In this document: positions 20,032 through 32,211 of the stretch, in pieces
How the letters are laid out: each line of letters opens with the position of its first letter
How positions within the stretch are numbered: position 1 is the first letter of the stretch
Assembly: GCA_013416795.1 (NCBI GenBank)
Contig: RQSC01000027.1
Span: 267,344 to 331,343, forward strand
Direction: 5' to 3'
DNA: 64,000 nt
Origin: Prasinococcaceae sp. CCMP 1430
Lineage: Eukaryota; Plantae; Prasinodermophyta
The notes under the pieces: generated by a model
Seen by the model: only the letters and a program-made list of their open reading frames with translations
Told to the model about the DNA's origin: nothing
Databases searched by the model: none
Program-made: the position numbers and the translations under genes

Positions 20032-23000
20032 ATGGCAGCCGACGCAGGCGGCAGCAACGCGGGCGCTGGTGGAGGTGCGCCCATGGGACCGACTGGTGTC
20101 TCCGTGACGCTGTACGCCCGCCGTGCATTGATGATGGGTGGAATGTCAGACAACGAGCAGGCACAGCCTTGGCGGCACGCGCGCGCATCTGGCGCAGCCC
20201 TCAACGAGGACGTAGTAGACATTGCAGGTTCCGAGGCGAGGCCGATGGCAACACGCGTGGCTGCCCCGCTGGGGCGTCACGCGGCTCGGCTCCAGCAGCT
20301 GCGGCTGCGCTCGGCATCTGGCCGCGGGGCGGCGAAGACCTTTGCGTCGTCTGAAGTCATCGGCTGCTCTCCTGTCGTGGCTGGACCGCACGGAGCGGGC
20401 ATCGCCGGGGCCGTCGCAGCGCAACAGAGCCTCGCGGCGATGTCGCGCTTCAAGCATCACCCATCGGCAGTCGCAGGGCCTTTACTGACCACCTTAACTG
20501 CGGTGGCTGCGGCTGATGAATTTGACCCCTCTCCTACCAAGGGCGATCGAAGCGCGCCAGGCGCAACATCGACCTCCGATGATGAGTGCACAGGGTGCGA
20601 GGGGCTTGCAGACGACGAGTGCTACGTCACTCTCAAGGACAGGATTCGCGCCCTGCTTCCCTGTGCAGACCTGGTAGTTGCGCAGCAAGCCTCGCTGATG
20701 AGGATGGGGGAGTCGATCGTACAGAAAGACCAGCAGGCCAAGCGAGACGGGCAGGCACTGGCGTCGACCATCATGAATATGGCGCGGGAGCTCCGCGACA
20801 CCCAGGCGGAGCTCGCTGACAAGGAGCGGAATCTCACGGAGGCGATGAAGGTATCGCTCGAGAGAGAGGAGCGATTGGATGAAGCAGAGGCGGAGCTTGA
20901 GAACCTGACCGCCACGTGGGAAGAGGCCGCGATCGAGGCTGAGGCTGCCAACGACGACCTCAAAAGCACCGTCGATAGACTAAGATCGGAGGCGGCGGCG
21001 CGAGCCGAGGCGCAGCGACGCTCTGCACAGGCTCTGGTGGCCGAGACCGGTCGTGCAGAGAAGGCAGAGGCTGACGCTGCCGGGCTAGAGGCACGTCTCA
21101 GCAGTGCGCTCCGCGAAATCGACGAGCTCGAGCGTGACGTGGACACCCTGAAGCACGCGTCGAGTCAAGTCAAAGAGATGCTCGACGCAGACGAAGGCGG
21201 GGCGCGAACGGCCATCCTCGGTGGCGCGTCGGAGTGCGCCTCACCAGACGGCCACGGAGGTCCCCACGAGACGCTCGCATCTCCGTTGCGTCTGGCAGAA
21301 GCTGCGATGATAGGTAGCAGGTTGCATGCCGAGGAGGTCGATTCCACGACGGACGAAGATAGCGCGAGCGCCAAGGCGGCGCGCTGCCGCGATGCCTTCA
21401 TGGACTGTGTGGACCACTGGGGTACCGTCGTGTTTGAGCTCGAGCAGGCTGCACGTGGAATCGCTAGAGAGCTCACAGCGATGACAGGAGAGCGCGACGG
21501 CGCGTGCGACACGATACGCGTACTCGAATCACGTGTGCGCCGACTCGAGCGAGACGTGGAGGCAGGCGCTGGTGAGCTCGCCGCATCTGCAAGGCTTTGC
21601 GACGCGGCGAATCAACGCGCGGCGGAGGCAGAGGCTCGCGCGACGACGCTCGAAGCGGAGTCGAGCAGGGCAGTGGCGTTTGCCCAGGCACAGGCCGAGG
21701 CATTTCGTGAGCGGTGCGAGCGTGCCGAGGGTGTCAGTGCCAAGGCATCAGAGCGCGTTGAGGCCACCGGTCAGGCCCTGGCGCTGCTGATTGACTGTGT
21801 CCGCGAGCTCCCGGCCGCGGGGCGGAGCGCGGAGATAGAGGAGGCACTTGCGCGCGCGAGGGCCGACGCAGACCATGCAGATGACGTGCTGGCTGATCTG
21901 TGCACTTCCGCCCGCGGCGAGGTCATGCGCGTCGCTGCAGAGCTCGCCGAATCGCGCCAGCTGAGCAGGGAGGCAGACGAGTCCTGGCGCCAGGTGGTCG
22001 GCGCCCTCGAGAGGCGAATTGACGAGCTCAGCAAGGAGCTTCGCGAGGCACTCACTCGGAACGCAGCGGCCGCGGCCGAGTGCGACGCTGCCACCAAGGA
22101 CGTCGAGCGAGCGTGCACATCGATGGAAGCCATCGAAACCAAAAACGCGAACATCATCACAGCCTACGCTGAGGCTGAGGCGGACGCTCGGACGCGCGAG
22201 AGCGAACAGGTCTCTGCCCTCGAGGCACGCGTGCGTGTACTGCAAGACCAGGCCGACGTCCAGATCGAGGAGCTTGCCACCGCCCACGAGGCCACCGCCA
22301 AGGCAGCGCACGAGGCGACACAGACTGTCGACAGGGCCCTGTCCGAGGCACGTGCGGTTGCCGAGGCAGCAGCTGCCAAGATCACAAAACTGCGCAAGAA
22401 GCGCGACGACGCCGTTGGGCGCGCCAACCAGGCCACCGAGCGAGGGGTCGAGCTGCAGCGGCAGGTGAAGGCACTCGAGGACGCAGTCGCGAGCGCTGTG
22501 CGCGACAGGGACGTGGCGACGACGCAGTGTGCCGCGGCTGAGGCACGTGCAGAGCAGGCTCGCACTGAACTTAGGGACGAACACGACGAGGTGCGCGAGG
22601 CGCTGGCGGCGGCTGTTGAGACGGTGGCAGCAACCGAGCAGCACAACGAACGCCTTAGCGAGCGACTTGAGGCGATCCACGCGGAACGAGATCGTGCTTT
22701 GAGTGACCTCAGAGAGGCTAGGACAGAGGTGCGCGAGACGAAGGAGGCATTGGCCCTCGCTGAGAGCGGGAGACTCGCTGCCGACAGCGAGCCTGGTGCA
22801 GAATCGCTCGGGGCGCTCATGGAGGCGGAGATGCGCGTGCGTGTCGAGATGGAGCAAGAGAGCGCCGAGGCGGAAGCAAAGCTCAGACACGACTTTGAGA
22901 ACACTCTCGCCAAGCGCGCCAAGGCCAACGAGGACCTGCAAGCCGCGCTGTCTGCGCTCGCGCTAGAGATGAAAGAGGCCCAGGACAAGGCGCACGCCTG

Positions 23001-23778
23001 CTGCGCCGATGCAAACGCCAAAGCGGCCTCGCTGCAGACACTGCAAGCGGCTGCGCGCCACGCCGTGTCAATGGCGCGCTCCGTCACGCCCGAAGCCGGC
23101 CGTCTGGATGATACCGCCCGCGAGGACGAGCAGCTCGAGGTCGCCCTCGTCGATACGGTGGAAGAGGCCGTGCAGATGCTTCGCACGTGGCAAGGTGCGC
23201 TCGACGGAGACCTGAGTCTTCAGGGTCTGGGTCTCAAGCCACATCTTAGGACAGCCAACCCAAATGATCGCAATGAGGGCTCCGCGCTCTCGCTCGCTCG
23301 TGTCGCTGAGCCCGAGAGACATAGCATGCCCCTCGAGACCGTGGGCGGTCAGTCGCTGCCCGAGCTCTTCAACTCCGTCGATGGATCTACGTCTGCGAGC
23401 CCGCCCTCGTCCTCCAGTCCGGCAGACGCGTCGTTGTCGTCAGATGCTGCAGCCCCGCATTCTGGCAGCTCACCCGGCGGGGACTCCATCGACGCGCACC
23501 TGGCTAGGCTGCGTGCCTCGTACGCGTCCTCGGAGGGCAAAGGTGCCGACGATATCGTGCGCGTCCTCGCCTCTATCACCAAGGTCAGCGGCGACTATCT
23601 GTTTTCAATCGGCTCCAAAAGGTGCACACTCGCGGTCATCGACGGCCACCTGAGCATCCGAGAGGGCGGATCAGGCGTAGGCTATCTGAATTTTGAGTCA
23701 TGGCTGCGCAGCCAGGCGCCAAATGAGGCAGCAAAGCTCGACCCCCTGCGTGAGCTCAACGATGCGCGCCGGGTGTGA
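20032..23778 (+). CDS. Large coiled-coil protein with a C-terminal GAS2/GAR-like motif
   Basis: About 900 aa of heptad-rich sequence, then ITKVSGDYLFSIGSKRCTLAVIDGHLSIREGGSGVGYLNFESWL. The start codon is uncertain. Confidence 0.6.
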   Translation: MAADAGGSNAGAGGGAPMGPTGVSVTLYARRALMMGGMSDNEQAQPWRHARASGAALNEDVVDIAGSEARPMATRVAAPLGRHAARLQQLRLRSASGRGAAKTFASSEVIGCSPVVAGPHGAGIAGAVAAQQSLAAMSRFKHHPSAVAGPLLTTLTAVAAADEFDPSPTKGDRSAPGATSTSDDECTGCEGLADDECYVTLKDRIRALLPCADLVVAQQASLMRMGESIVQKDQQAKRDGQALASTIMNMARELRDTQAELADKERNLTEAMKVSLEREERLDEAEAELENLTATWEEAAIEAEAANDDLKSTVDRLRSEAAARAEAQRRSAQALVAETGRAEKAEADAAGLEARLSSALREIDELERDVDTLKHASSQVKEMLDADEGGARTAILGGASECASPDGHGGPHETLASPLRLAEAAMIGSRLHAEEVDSTTDEDSASAKAARCRDAFMDCVDHWGTVVFELEQAARGIARELTAMTGERDGACDTIRVLESRVRRLERDVEAGAGELAASARLCDAANQRAAEAEARATTLEAESSRAVAFAQAQAEAFRERCERAEGVSAKASERVEATGQALALLIDCVRELPAAGRSAEIEEALARARADADHADDVLADLCTSARGEVMRVAAELAESRQLSREADESWRQVVGALERRIDELSKELREALTRNAAAAAECDAATKDVERACTSMEAIETKNANIITAYAEAEADARTRESEQVSALEARVRVLQDQADVQIEELATAHEATAKAAHEATQTVDRALSEARAVAEAAAAKITKLRKKRDDAVGRANQATERGVELQRQVKALEDAVASAVRDRDVATTQCAAAEARAEQARTELRDEHDEVREALAAAVETVAATEQHNERLSERLEAIHAERDRALSDLREARTEVRETKEALALAESGRLAADSEPGAESLGALMEAEMRVRVEMEQESAEAEAKLRHDFENTLAKRAKANEDLQAALSALALEMKEAQDKAHACCADANAKAASLQTLQAAARHAVSMARSVTPEAGRLDDTAREDEQLEVALVDTVEEAVQMLRTWQGALDGDLSLQGLGLKPHLRTANPNDRNEGSALSLARVAEPERHSMPLETVGGQSLPELFNSVDGSTSASPPSSSSPADASLSSDAAAPHSGSSPGGDSIDAHLARLRASYASSEGKGADDIVRVLASITKVSGDYLFSIGSKRCTLAVIDGHLSIREGGSGVGYLNFESWLRSQAPNEAAKLDPLRELNDARRV

Positions 23779-23878
23779 ATGCACGCCACCCCACCACCAA
23801 CGTTCATGGCATTGACATGGGCTGTCGGGAATGCCGACGCGTGCTTTGCGATTACAGAAAGTAAGAGAGTACTGTCAG

Positions 23879-26800
23879 TCAGTTCCCAAGGGTTGGGACG
23901 ATTTTTTTCGAGTGCCTTTTGGTTCTATTCGGCGAGCCGAGCAAATTGCGAAAGAGACGCGCGCCGCGGCTCTCCCTCTTCGGGCTCGACTGCGTGCTCT
24001 TGTTGTCGGGCTCTGGCGGGGTTGAGTGCACGAAGGGCGGGCTGGGGCGCGTACTCGACTCGCTAGTGCCGATGAATGTCTCGTACAGCTTGCGGCCCGT
24101 GACTGCCGCGCCGGCCTTGAGTATGGACCACACGATATCCCTGCGCACAGTGCCAAGCAGGTCCCTCCAGTCACCCTGCGCAACGCATAGGGGAGGGGTG
24201 GCACGGTTAGCACCACGGGGCTACGTGGACGACCATCGTCTGCCACGGCAAGGGCGATGCGGGCGCGCATGCTCGCAGCGCGAGAGGCAGGCATCCTTGC
24301 GCACCTCGTACGAGTGGAAGACCCTCGGCGGGAGCTGAAAGTGCGCTGAGGAGAAGCTGAAAGGCGAGCCCGCATATGCGATCACGACCTTCACCTCATT
24401 CATGCGGATGTAGTCCGCCGTGACGCGCGTGGCAATGCTGTCAGCTGCACGCGGCGTCGGCGTGGGGGTGCTCTTGAGCCGCCGCGCCGCGGGTGGCGGC
24501 CCAGGGTCGGCCACTGCATTGAGGCTATCGACGCCCATCCTGGCAAGGACGCTGGCATCAACTGACATGGACCGCGTGTGCTTCAGCTTGCGCTTGGCCA
24601 CCCCTTTTGGTAGCCGCGATGGGCCGACATCCGATGACGGGTCGAAAAGCGAGCTCGCGTCGTCGCTGCCTGCCGAAAATGTCGATGGGATCTTGTCCGA
24701 GTCTTGTCGCCTGTGCCGCGCCGCCGAGCCTCCCCCCTTGAGGGGCGAAAACGCAAGGCCAAGCACCGTCTCCGACCGCTGACGGCGGTGGTTGAACTTC
24801 GAGTTGGAGCCGGGCGCAGGCGGCAGGGGCGCGCCACCGCCGCGCGGATGCGGGGATGCAGGTGCCACCGAGCGCTCGCCGGATGCCCCCGTGCGGCTGG
24901 CGGTTTCAGCCCAAAGCGGCCCGAGAAAGCGTTCTGCCCTGAACATCAGACTCTCGGTCACATTGATGGACAGCGGGAAGACCTGTGTCTCCAGGTGCGT
25001 CAAGAAGGTTTTGCCAGGAACTGATCTGCCCTGCTCAGCACGCACGCGCAGCATGACGTCACCCTTGCCCCAACCCGCATCCTCGTGCACCCCAAGCACG
25101 CGCCACATGCCCTGACTCGGACTGCCTGAATCGGTCGAGCAACCGCTGCTCATTCGACCGGTCGACCGTCTACTGCTTCCCCCAGACTCGGCGCCGCTGC
25201 CGACGGCGTCCACCCAAACCTTCGACACAGTTGCAATGACCTCAGCGCTCCTGTCCTCGTGGCGTGCCATCGACAGCGTCGCGCCCCGCAGCTCAACTGT
25301 GGAGAAAGGCGCAGCGCTGCTCGACGGACCACTGTCGAGGATGTCGAAGCGCGCGTCGCCGAGCGACGCTTCGACATAAACAGCCGCCGGGCGCGCGCCC
25401 TGATTGTCGTTGCCTCGGCGAGCAATCCTCTCGCGTCTGGCTGAAGCAGCCATATCGAGTACGGTGCAAAACTCACGGCCGTGCTCGCTGACCTTGTGCC
25501 GCAAAGACTCCCCAAGCGGCAACACCAGGGCGTCTGCTTTGGACGATACCATCCAGAAAGGATCTGCATATGCGATGGCGTCGGCGGGGCCTTGTCCGTG
25601 CGTGGCGAGCAGCAAATGTCGCGCGTTGGCCATGTCGGTCAGGAGGCGCGCATCTGCCACCAGCGCACAGGCGACGGTCCTAATCTCGAGGCCACTCCCA
25701 CGCACGAGAGACGCTGCTCGCAAGGCCTCGTGCACAGCGGGCGCGGACACCGGCGAGCGGCGGAAAATAACGTCCATGCGACTTCCGAGGGTCAGAGCGG
25801 CGCCGACAAGCACAGAGAACTGGTGTCCGTCGACAGCGACAGCCAAAGACGGCGAGTTCACGACGACTTCGGTCTGCTCAGCCACAGCGGCCTCGGGCGG
25901 CGTGAACTTGCGCACGCTCAGCCCCACGCGACAGCCCTCACCGCTGATGTTGCGCATCGAGGCAGTGCTAGCGGCGGACTCGCCATTCTCTGGCGCCCAC
26001 GAAAAGGTCGCGCCGGGATTGACGTCGTTGCGCGCCACCCAGGTCCTCACATTCTGCAGATTTAGCGAGTACGACGTCAAAGTGCCGCCTTGGTCGAGCA
26101 TCCCATGGCGACCAAGCAAGCGCGCCTTGCGCGATTCGAGGAGCAAGTGGCCCTCGCTGGCCGAACCAGACTGCACGCACAGTTGCGCCTTGGAGACATC
26201 AACGACGAGAAAGATCGGATCGGCGCTTTCGGGGATCGCCTGGTCATGGGCGGGGCTCGTGAACTCATCCTCGTTCGTCTCCAGATGCTTGCCTTCGGCT
26301 CTGAGCTCGGATGTCAATACACCGCGGTTCAACAAGGCGAGCAGGTCATCTCCCTTCGATTCGAAGGACTTGCCGAGGGTGCGAGCGCGACGCGCCACCT
26401 GCGGGGCTTGCCCCGGAGATGACCCCGCACCGCTGCTCTGCCGACTGGACAGGCCATGTGACGGGCCGTGGCTCAAGATGGATGCCGCCAGCGCGGCAGC
26501 CGCACGCCCCGTCCGCGAGGCGTACGGGTGCCGCAGGCCAGCGACCGTCCCGAGCCAGCATGCCATCACGGACGCACGCGTTTGGTCGGTCCACATCATG
26601 TGGAGACCGACAATGGCAATGCGCAAGCACGTGGACGGCTCACTGTCGCGAACGGCCTGCCCAAGCCTCGGGGGGGTGCCCTGGCGCACCAGCATGGCTT
26701 GCAGGGCCTCGCGGTCGTCCGGCTCGAGATCTTTCATGCTCAGGTTTCCGTGTAACCGTTGGCGGACAGAGAGGCTCGAGGCGGACGCGACAAACGTGTC

Positions 26801-29800
26801 CCTGTTGTCCTGCGTCCATGCGGCCTCGTCGCAAGCGAACCCCTGCCCAGAGCTGCACACATCGTCAAGGTCCAGATGGACACGGACGGACAGCAGATCA
26901 ACTTTGAGCTCATCGAGTGTGTTGGCAACGAATCGCATCATCACAGACAGGCTCTTGGCACGGCCGTGGAGCGAGTACAGCTCGATGTCCTGGTCCTCAC
27001 TCGGTAGCCCGGCGACGTCGAACGTCGTCGCCAGTGGTTCGACCTCGAGTTTGAAGGTACTCTCCTCCAGAATTGAGCCGAGGGAGCGACCGCGATGTCC
27101 TCGCCTCCCCGACGATGGAGCTCGTCCGCACGTGGGTGTCTGGGGCGAGGGCGTCGCGACAGCAGGCTTGCTCGAGCGCAGAGGCGAGACCTGCACCACC
27201 GACACTGGCGGACGAACGATCGCAAGCACGAAGGCCTTGAAACGCATCATGGACTCGGGAGCGAGGGACAGGTGCGCGCCCCTTCCAGCAGCATCTTCGC
27301 TTCCCGGATCGCCCCGCACCCGCATCAGCACCGTTGCTTTCACTGCTGTCGCTCGGAACGCCCGCATGCGCCGCTGAAGATTCGTGATAGCAGAGCACCT
27401 GCTCGGCGGCGTCCAGCGCGGCGTCAGAGACTCCTGGTTGACGGTGTCTGGGGTGAAGGCGTGCAGGAAGTGTTGACTTGGGTCATGATCGAAGCCGCAC
27501 TGCCAATCCATGCCCATGGAAAACTCAGCTTCAGGGGCGCGCAGCAACTCCACTGCCTCAAGATCCTCTACGTGGCTGATGCGCACATTCTTGCTACGAA
27601 CGACGAGCGAGGAAGGTGGTGCCACCTGGATGGCGGCGCCCGATGCCACCGATACGAGCCGCTGCGACCGCTCCCCCTCCCCGAGCGCACCGCACCCGCC
27701 GAGGATGGTCAGCGATGCATTGCTCACCCAGATGTCAATCTGCCCGTGCACGAGGAGGCGAAGGTCGTCCCACCAGGAGAACGCTGCCTGAGACGGCGGT
27801 GATATGAGGGCCGGGGGAGATGGCACGGGAGGCACGCTAATGGTGAGTTTGGGGCGCTGGGCGCTGTCTGCCTTGAAGGGTGAGGGCGTGGGCCCTACGT
27901 ACGCTAGGTCTCCACTCGCGGCGTCGCCATCTCTGCCTCCCTCCGAGCTGTGGAAGGACATGGCTTGGATGACGTCGCTGAGGTCGGCCTCATACCCAGG
28001 CCCGCACACAGCCCTACCGTCCTCGACAGAGACTCCCACATCGACGTAGAACTTCGTCGGTGGCGAGTGCGGTTCAAGGGCTGATTCGACCCAGTCCAAC
28101 GTGTGGCCTAGGCTGACGCGACGTTGCTCAGCCTTCGCGCACGCGTTCTTGCACTCACTTGCAAGCAGGTTGCCGCGTACCTCGGCGACGCCGGCAATGA
28201 CTCCGTACGTGTGTCCAGAGGTGAGCTGCGCGAGCGGCGATGTGTGTTGCCGAAAATGCAGGGACGCGGCACCGGAAGTCATGCTGAAAGCAAATCCCCG
28301 AGCGCGGCTCTCGTCAAGCTCCACCTCGCGCGCCGCAGGGTCTACAGATCGGGCCACGGCAATTGCCACCGCGGGTCCTGAGAGGCGTGACACGCGCAGC
28401 TTCATGTCAACGCATGTCGCCGCAACCATGCCATGCGGCGGTGGGAGCGCGTAGCCTTGCGCGCTGGCCAAATGCGGGGGATAGCGAGCGTTCGCTGCCA
28501 TTGAAGCCGTTTCCCACGCCCGCTTGAAACTCGCGAAGAGCGTGTCGTCCAAGCGCGCTCGGGCACCGACCAGCTCTGCGTCACCACCATCGAGCTGCTC
28601 TCGCGCGGCCTGCTCGAAGAGCGCCTCGCGAGCGACGCGCTCGGGAAGCGTGGCAGCCATCGCAGCGGCGCGAATAGCCATCCATCGCTCCAAAGGCGAG
28701 TCTTGCAAAGACGTTGTCAGACGCGCGATGTTGAATTGCAACACGGGCCTGATACTGCCCTGGATTTTGGTGGGAGATCGCAGGCCATTGGCAGCATCAA
28801 ACGCAGCCTTCACTGCGTCGGCAGTACTCGTGATCATGTCCATCGTCTCGTCCACCGCATTGTACGTGGCGCGGAGTCCTGTCGTAAGCGGCGCATCCAA
28901 GGCCAGCATGCTTGACTCGAGCAGCCATCGAGCCGCCGGCGCCAGCACCCTCCGAGCAGTCTCGGCGACAAAAGGAATGCTCGGTGGACGGAAGGGGGCG
29001 TCATCCAGACCTGGGCACGTGACGCCGGATGCTGCATCCTCCGCTAGTAAGTATGACGGCGGGCGGACAGTCAAGTCCGCGGCCGTCAGCATTCTGTGTC
29101 CATCGACCTCCACAGCCAGGCGCTTCAACATTACCACCGTCGACGTGCCGAAGCGCTCGAGCGCCGAAGCGCGCACCACGAACGCCTTGCCGTTCATCAG
29201 CGCAATGACAGCGCACGCATCCTTGATTTGAAAGGACAAAGAGACCACGAGGGGAATCTCAGGGGCAACACCACTCCTTGTTGTGTCCACGTCGGCGCTC
29301 GCTCTCACTGTAGCTGCCACCGCCTGCAGTGCCACGGCCACGCAGCGCACGGCCACGCAGGTCTCGACGTCGACGCACGCCTCGACGCCGGAGACGAAAA
29401 TGTGCGTGCGGGGCATGCTGTCACGCTCGCAGGCCGCTGAGTTGTCCTGGGGCCAACGCGCCGCCAACGACGCTGAGTCGACAGTGAGCAAAGCCGACGA
29501 GCCCGGCACCTCACTGGTGCCCTGGTAGCCGCGCACCCATGTCTGAGAGAGCAGGACATCCGTGGACAGCGGCACGCCGCCCTCCACCAGCTCGCCACAC
29601 ACCTCCATCTCGCCTACAACGACAGACGTTGCGAAGTCAAGGCAGGCGCATCCATCGCTCTCACGCGGGGGGTCATCCTGGCCGCGCACCACCAAGGATG
29701 GCATCGCGGGGGCTGTCGTCAATACCTGCACCTCCACTTGCACCAACCTCACGGCAAAGTTCACCCCCCGCATCGATCCCCTCCGTTCGGAATGAACAGA

Positions 29801-31654
29801 GGTTGCACGCGGCGCGCTATGCCCGGTCCCTTTACGCCACTGCTGCGACATGCCTGCGAAGAGCTCGAGCTGCTTGGTGTGCACGCAAGCCCGCGCCCCT
29901 CTGATCTCGAGCTGGATGTCATGGGGACCGTGCTGCAGGTCTTCAGGGGGGAACTCGAGCGAGGTCACCACGGACGCTGCCTGCAACAGCGGCCACGCCG
30001 AGCTGTCCAGCCGCAAGTCTGCGCCACTCATTAGCACCGTGACCTCAGCGTTGTCGTTGGTTTCTCGCACGGGTGACGGAATCACTGCTGTCACGTGCAT
30101 GGTTGCGAGCTGGAGAGACGCACTGTCCCCTTGCAGTTGCTCTGGTTCTGTGAGCTGTAGCTGCCACCCCTGCCCCTCAAGACTGAATGTCCAGTCAAGG
30201 GACTTGATGTGCGACACGATTGAATGCTCCTTGACCTCGGCCGCCATTTGCGTGGACTGTCGTGCCCGTCGTATACGCTTCAGCTGGACGTGCACACGCC
30301 TTACGTCGTCGACCCAATGCAGCAGAGCAGGTCGGTGTACCGCGCTTGCATAGTCTAGCTGCATCTGCATGCTCGCACTCAGCTCCCTCGCAGCCGGTGT
30401 ACCGTTGTCCGGCCAGCACGTCGCGTCGATGGGAAGCGGCACATCCACTGTCACCGATGTGCTAGAGCTCCAAACCATGCTGAGCGCCTTCTCAGCCGTC
30501 GCAACTTCTCGGGGCCGCGAGGGATACCGCGCGTTCTCAGCCCGCAGGACGACCCTGGCCCTCGAGCACGCCGAGGAAAGTGACGCACGCCAGCAGTCCC
30601 GGTCAAACTTAACTGCAGTGCGAAGGGCAGAGCACTCGGCTTCGATGGGACGTATGGTCCTGCCTTCAGGATCTTCCATGAGCACGCACACACCAATCGA
30701 GCAAACCTGCAGCGACAGCTCTAGCGGGCACCCCTCAATCAGCTCGAGGAGGTCAGCCCCACGGTCTGCACTCTCGCCCGCGTTGCCACGTTGGTCGACC
30801 TCGGCGACTCGCAGGGCGGCGTGGGCTCGCACGAGCACCGCAGCGTCCGAGCATGAAACTGCAACACCGCTGCACAAACTCTCAACAGCATTCAGCCGCA
30901 GCATTGCCTGCACCTTCAAGTGCTCGAGGTCCGCATCGACGACATCCGTGGAAGCGCAGACGTGTCCCATTATTGCGACCACGTTGGCAGACTCTGGTTG
31001 CAGCGTCACGCAGCGCAGAGACATGTTACGCACGCCCACATTCCCGGTGGCCGCGCGGGTATCCGCCGCGCCGCTGAGGTGCACTGTCGCGTTGACGACG
31101 CGGACCTCGACAAGCTGCGCGAGCCGCTGCAGCGCGCCGAACTTGGCCTCATCGATGCGCCTCCCGAGGAGCCGCACGCCCTCGGCGCGCCTCTCGGAAT
31201 TTTCCGATCCGAGCTTGTGCCGCTCCCTCCTGGCGTCGGCCGCTTGCTGTCGTTGCCGCGCCCTCCTTTGCTGCTGCTCCGCCGCGCGCTGCCTGGTGCC
31301 AGCAGCATCCAAGCTCGCGAGCACGACTTCGACGTCTTTGACGACGACCGGGAACGCAGCGCCGCCCCTCGCAAATGCGAGCTTGAGCACCGATATCCAC
31401 GACGGCAAGAGCGCGATCTCGCCTACCCTGAGCGACTCAATCACACCATTGCCGCGTTCGAAGGCGACGCTCACGCCACGCAGCTTCCATTCCGCCGGTG
31501 ACGCGTGCCTCACTGACGCGCGCGCGCCAGGGACGAGCCCACGTAGCCACACGGCGACGCATGCGCCCAGTGCCCGCCGCGCCCAGTGGTGGACCGCGTG
31601 GACCGCGACGAATGCGAGCGTGAGCAGCACCGCAGCGGCAACTGCTGCTCCCAT
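23879..31654 (-). CDS. BLTP2: Bridge-like lipid transfer protein BLTP2/FMP27/SABRE family; intron 24176-24304
   Basis: N-terminal TM helix and about 2500 aa of beta-rich sequence with FSWWDDLRLLVHG, VDVSKAQLCVQS..GHLLL, LETQVFPLSINVT and YIRMNEVKVVIAYAG. Splicing joins HSYE|GDWRDLLGTVRRDIVWSILK, the conserved C-terminal block. Confidence 0.85.
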
Positions 31655-32211
31655 CGCGCCCGGGTACAGCGCAGCCCCCTACGCCGTATCCCCCTTCCCT
31701 CCCTTCCCAGCGTGCGCCTGCGCGTGCGCGCGCCACGCTGGCGTTTTCCTCCTGCGCGTGTTTCAAACGCCCACGAGGGCCGCCGGGTGCACCGGCCGCT
31801 GCCGCCAAAGCCGGTCTCCGCAGCGGCAACCCGCAACCCCCGGGCGGCCCTCGCGGCGGCCACGAAGGGTGCTGCGGCGGCGACCGCCGCCGCCGCCGCC
31901 GCGCCAGGGAGCGCCGCGCGCGCCCGCGCGCGCGCGCACGCGCCGGGCGCGCGCACTGTGGCTGGCGCGCAGTCGTGTCTTCGCGCCGCACAAGAAGACA
32001 CGCAAAAGTACAGTAAAAAAAGTGCCGTCTGGCATCTGCCATCGAATGCCATTGAACGTGCCATGAATGTGCCATGTGCCATTAATTGGCATGTGGATCA
32101 GGACCAGTCCAGGCGGCACTGACAGGACAGCTTGGGCTTCGGCGCTGGCCCTGGAGCGAGATCTGTGATCTGTGGTTTGTATTATTGATTACGTCACCCA
32201 CGGCGTAGCCC

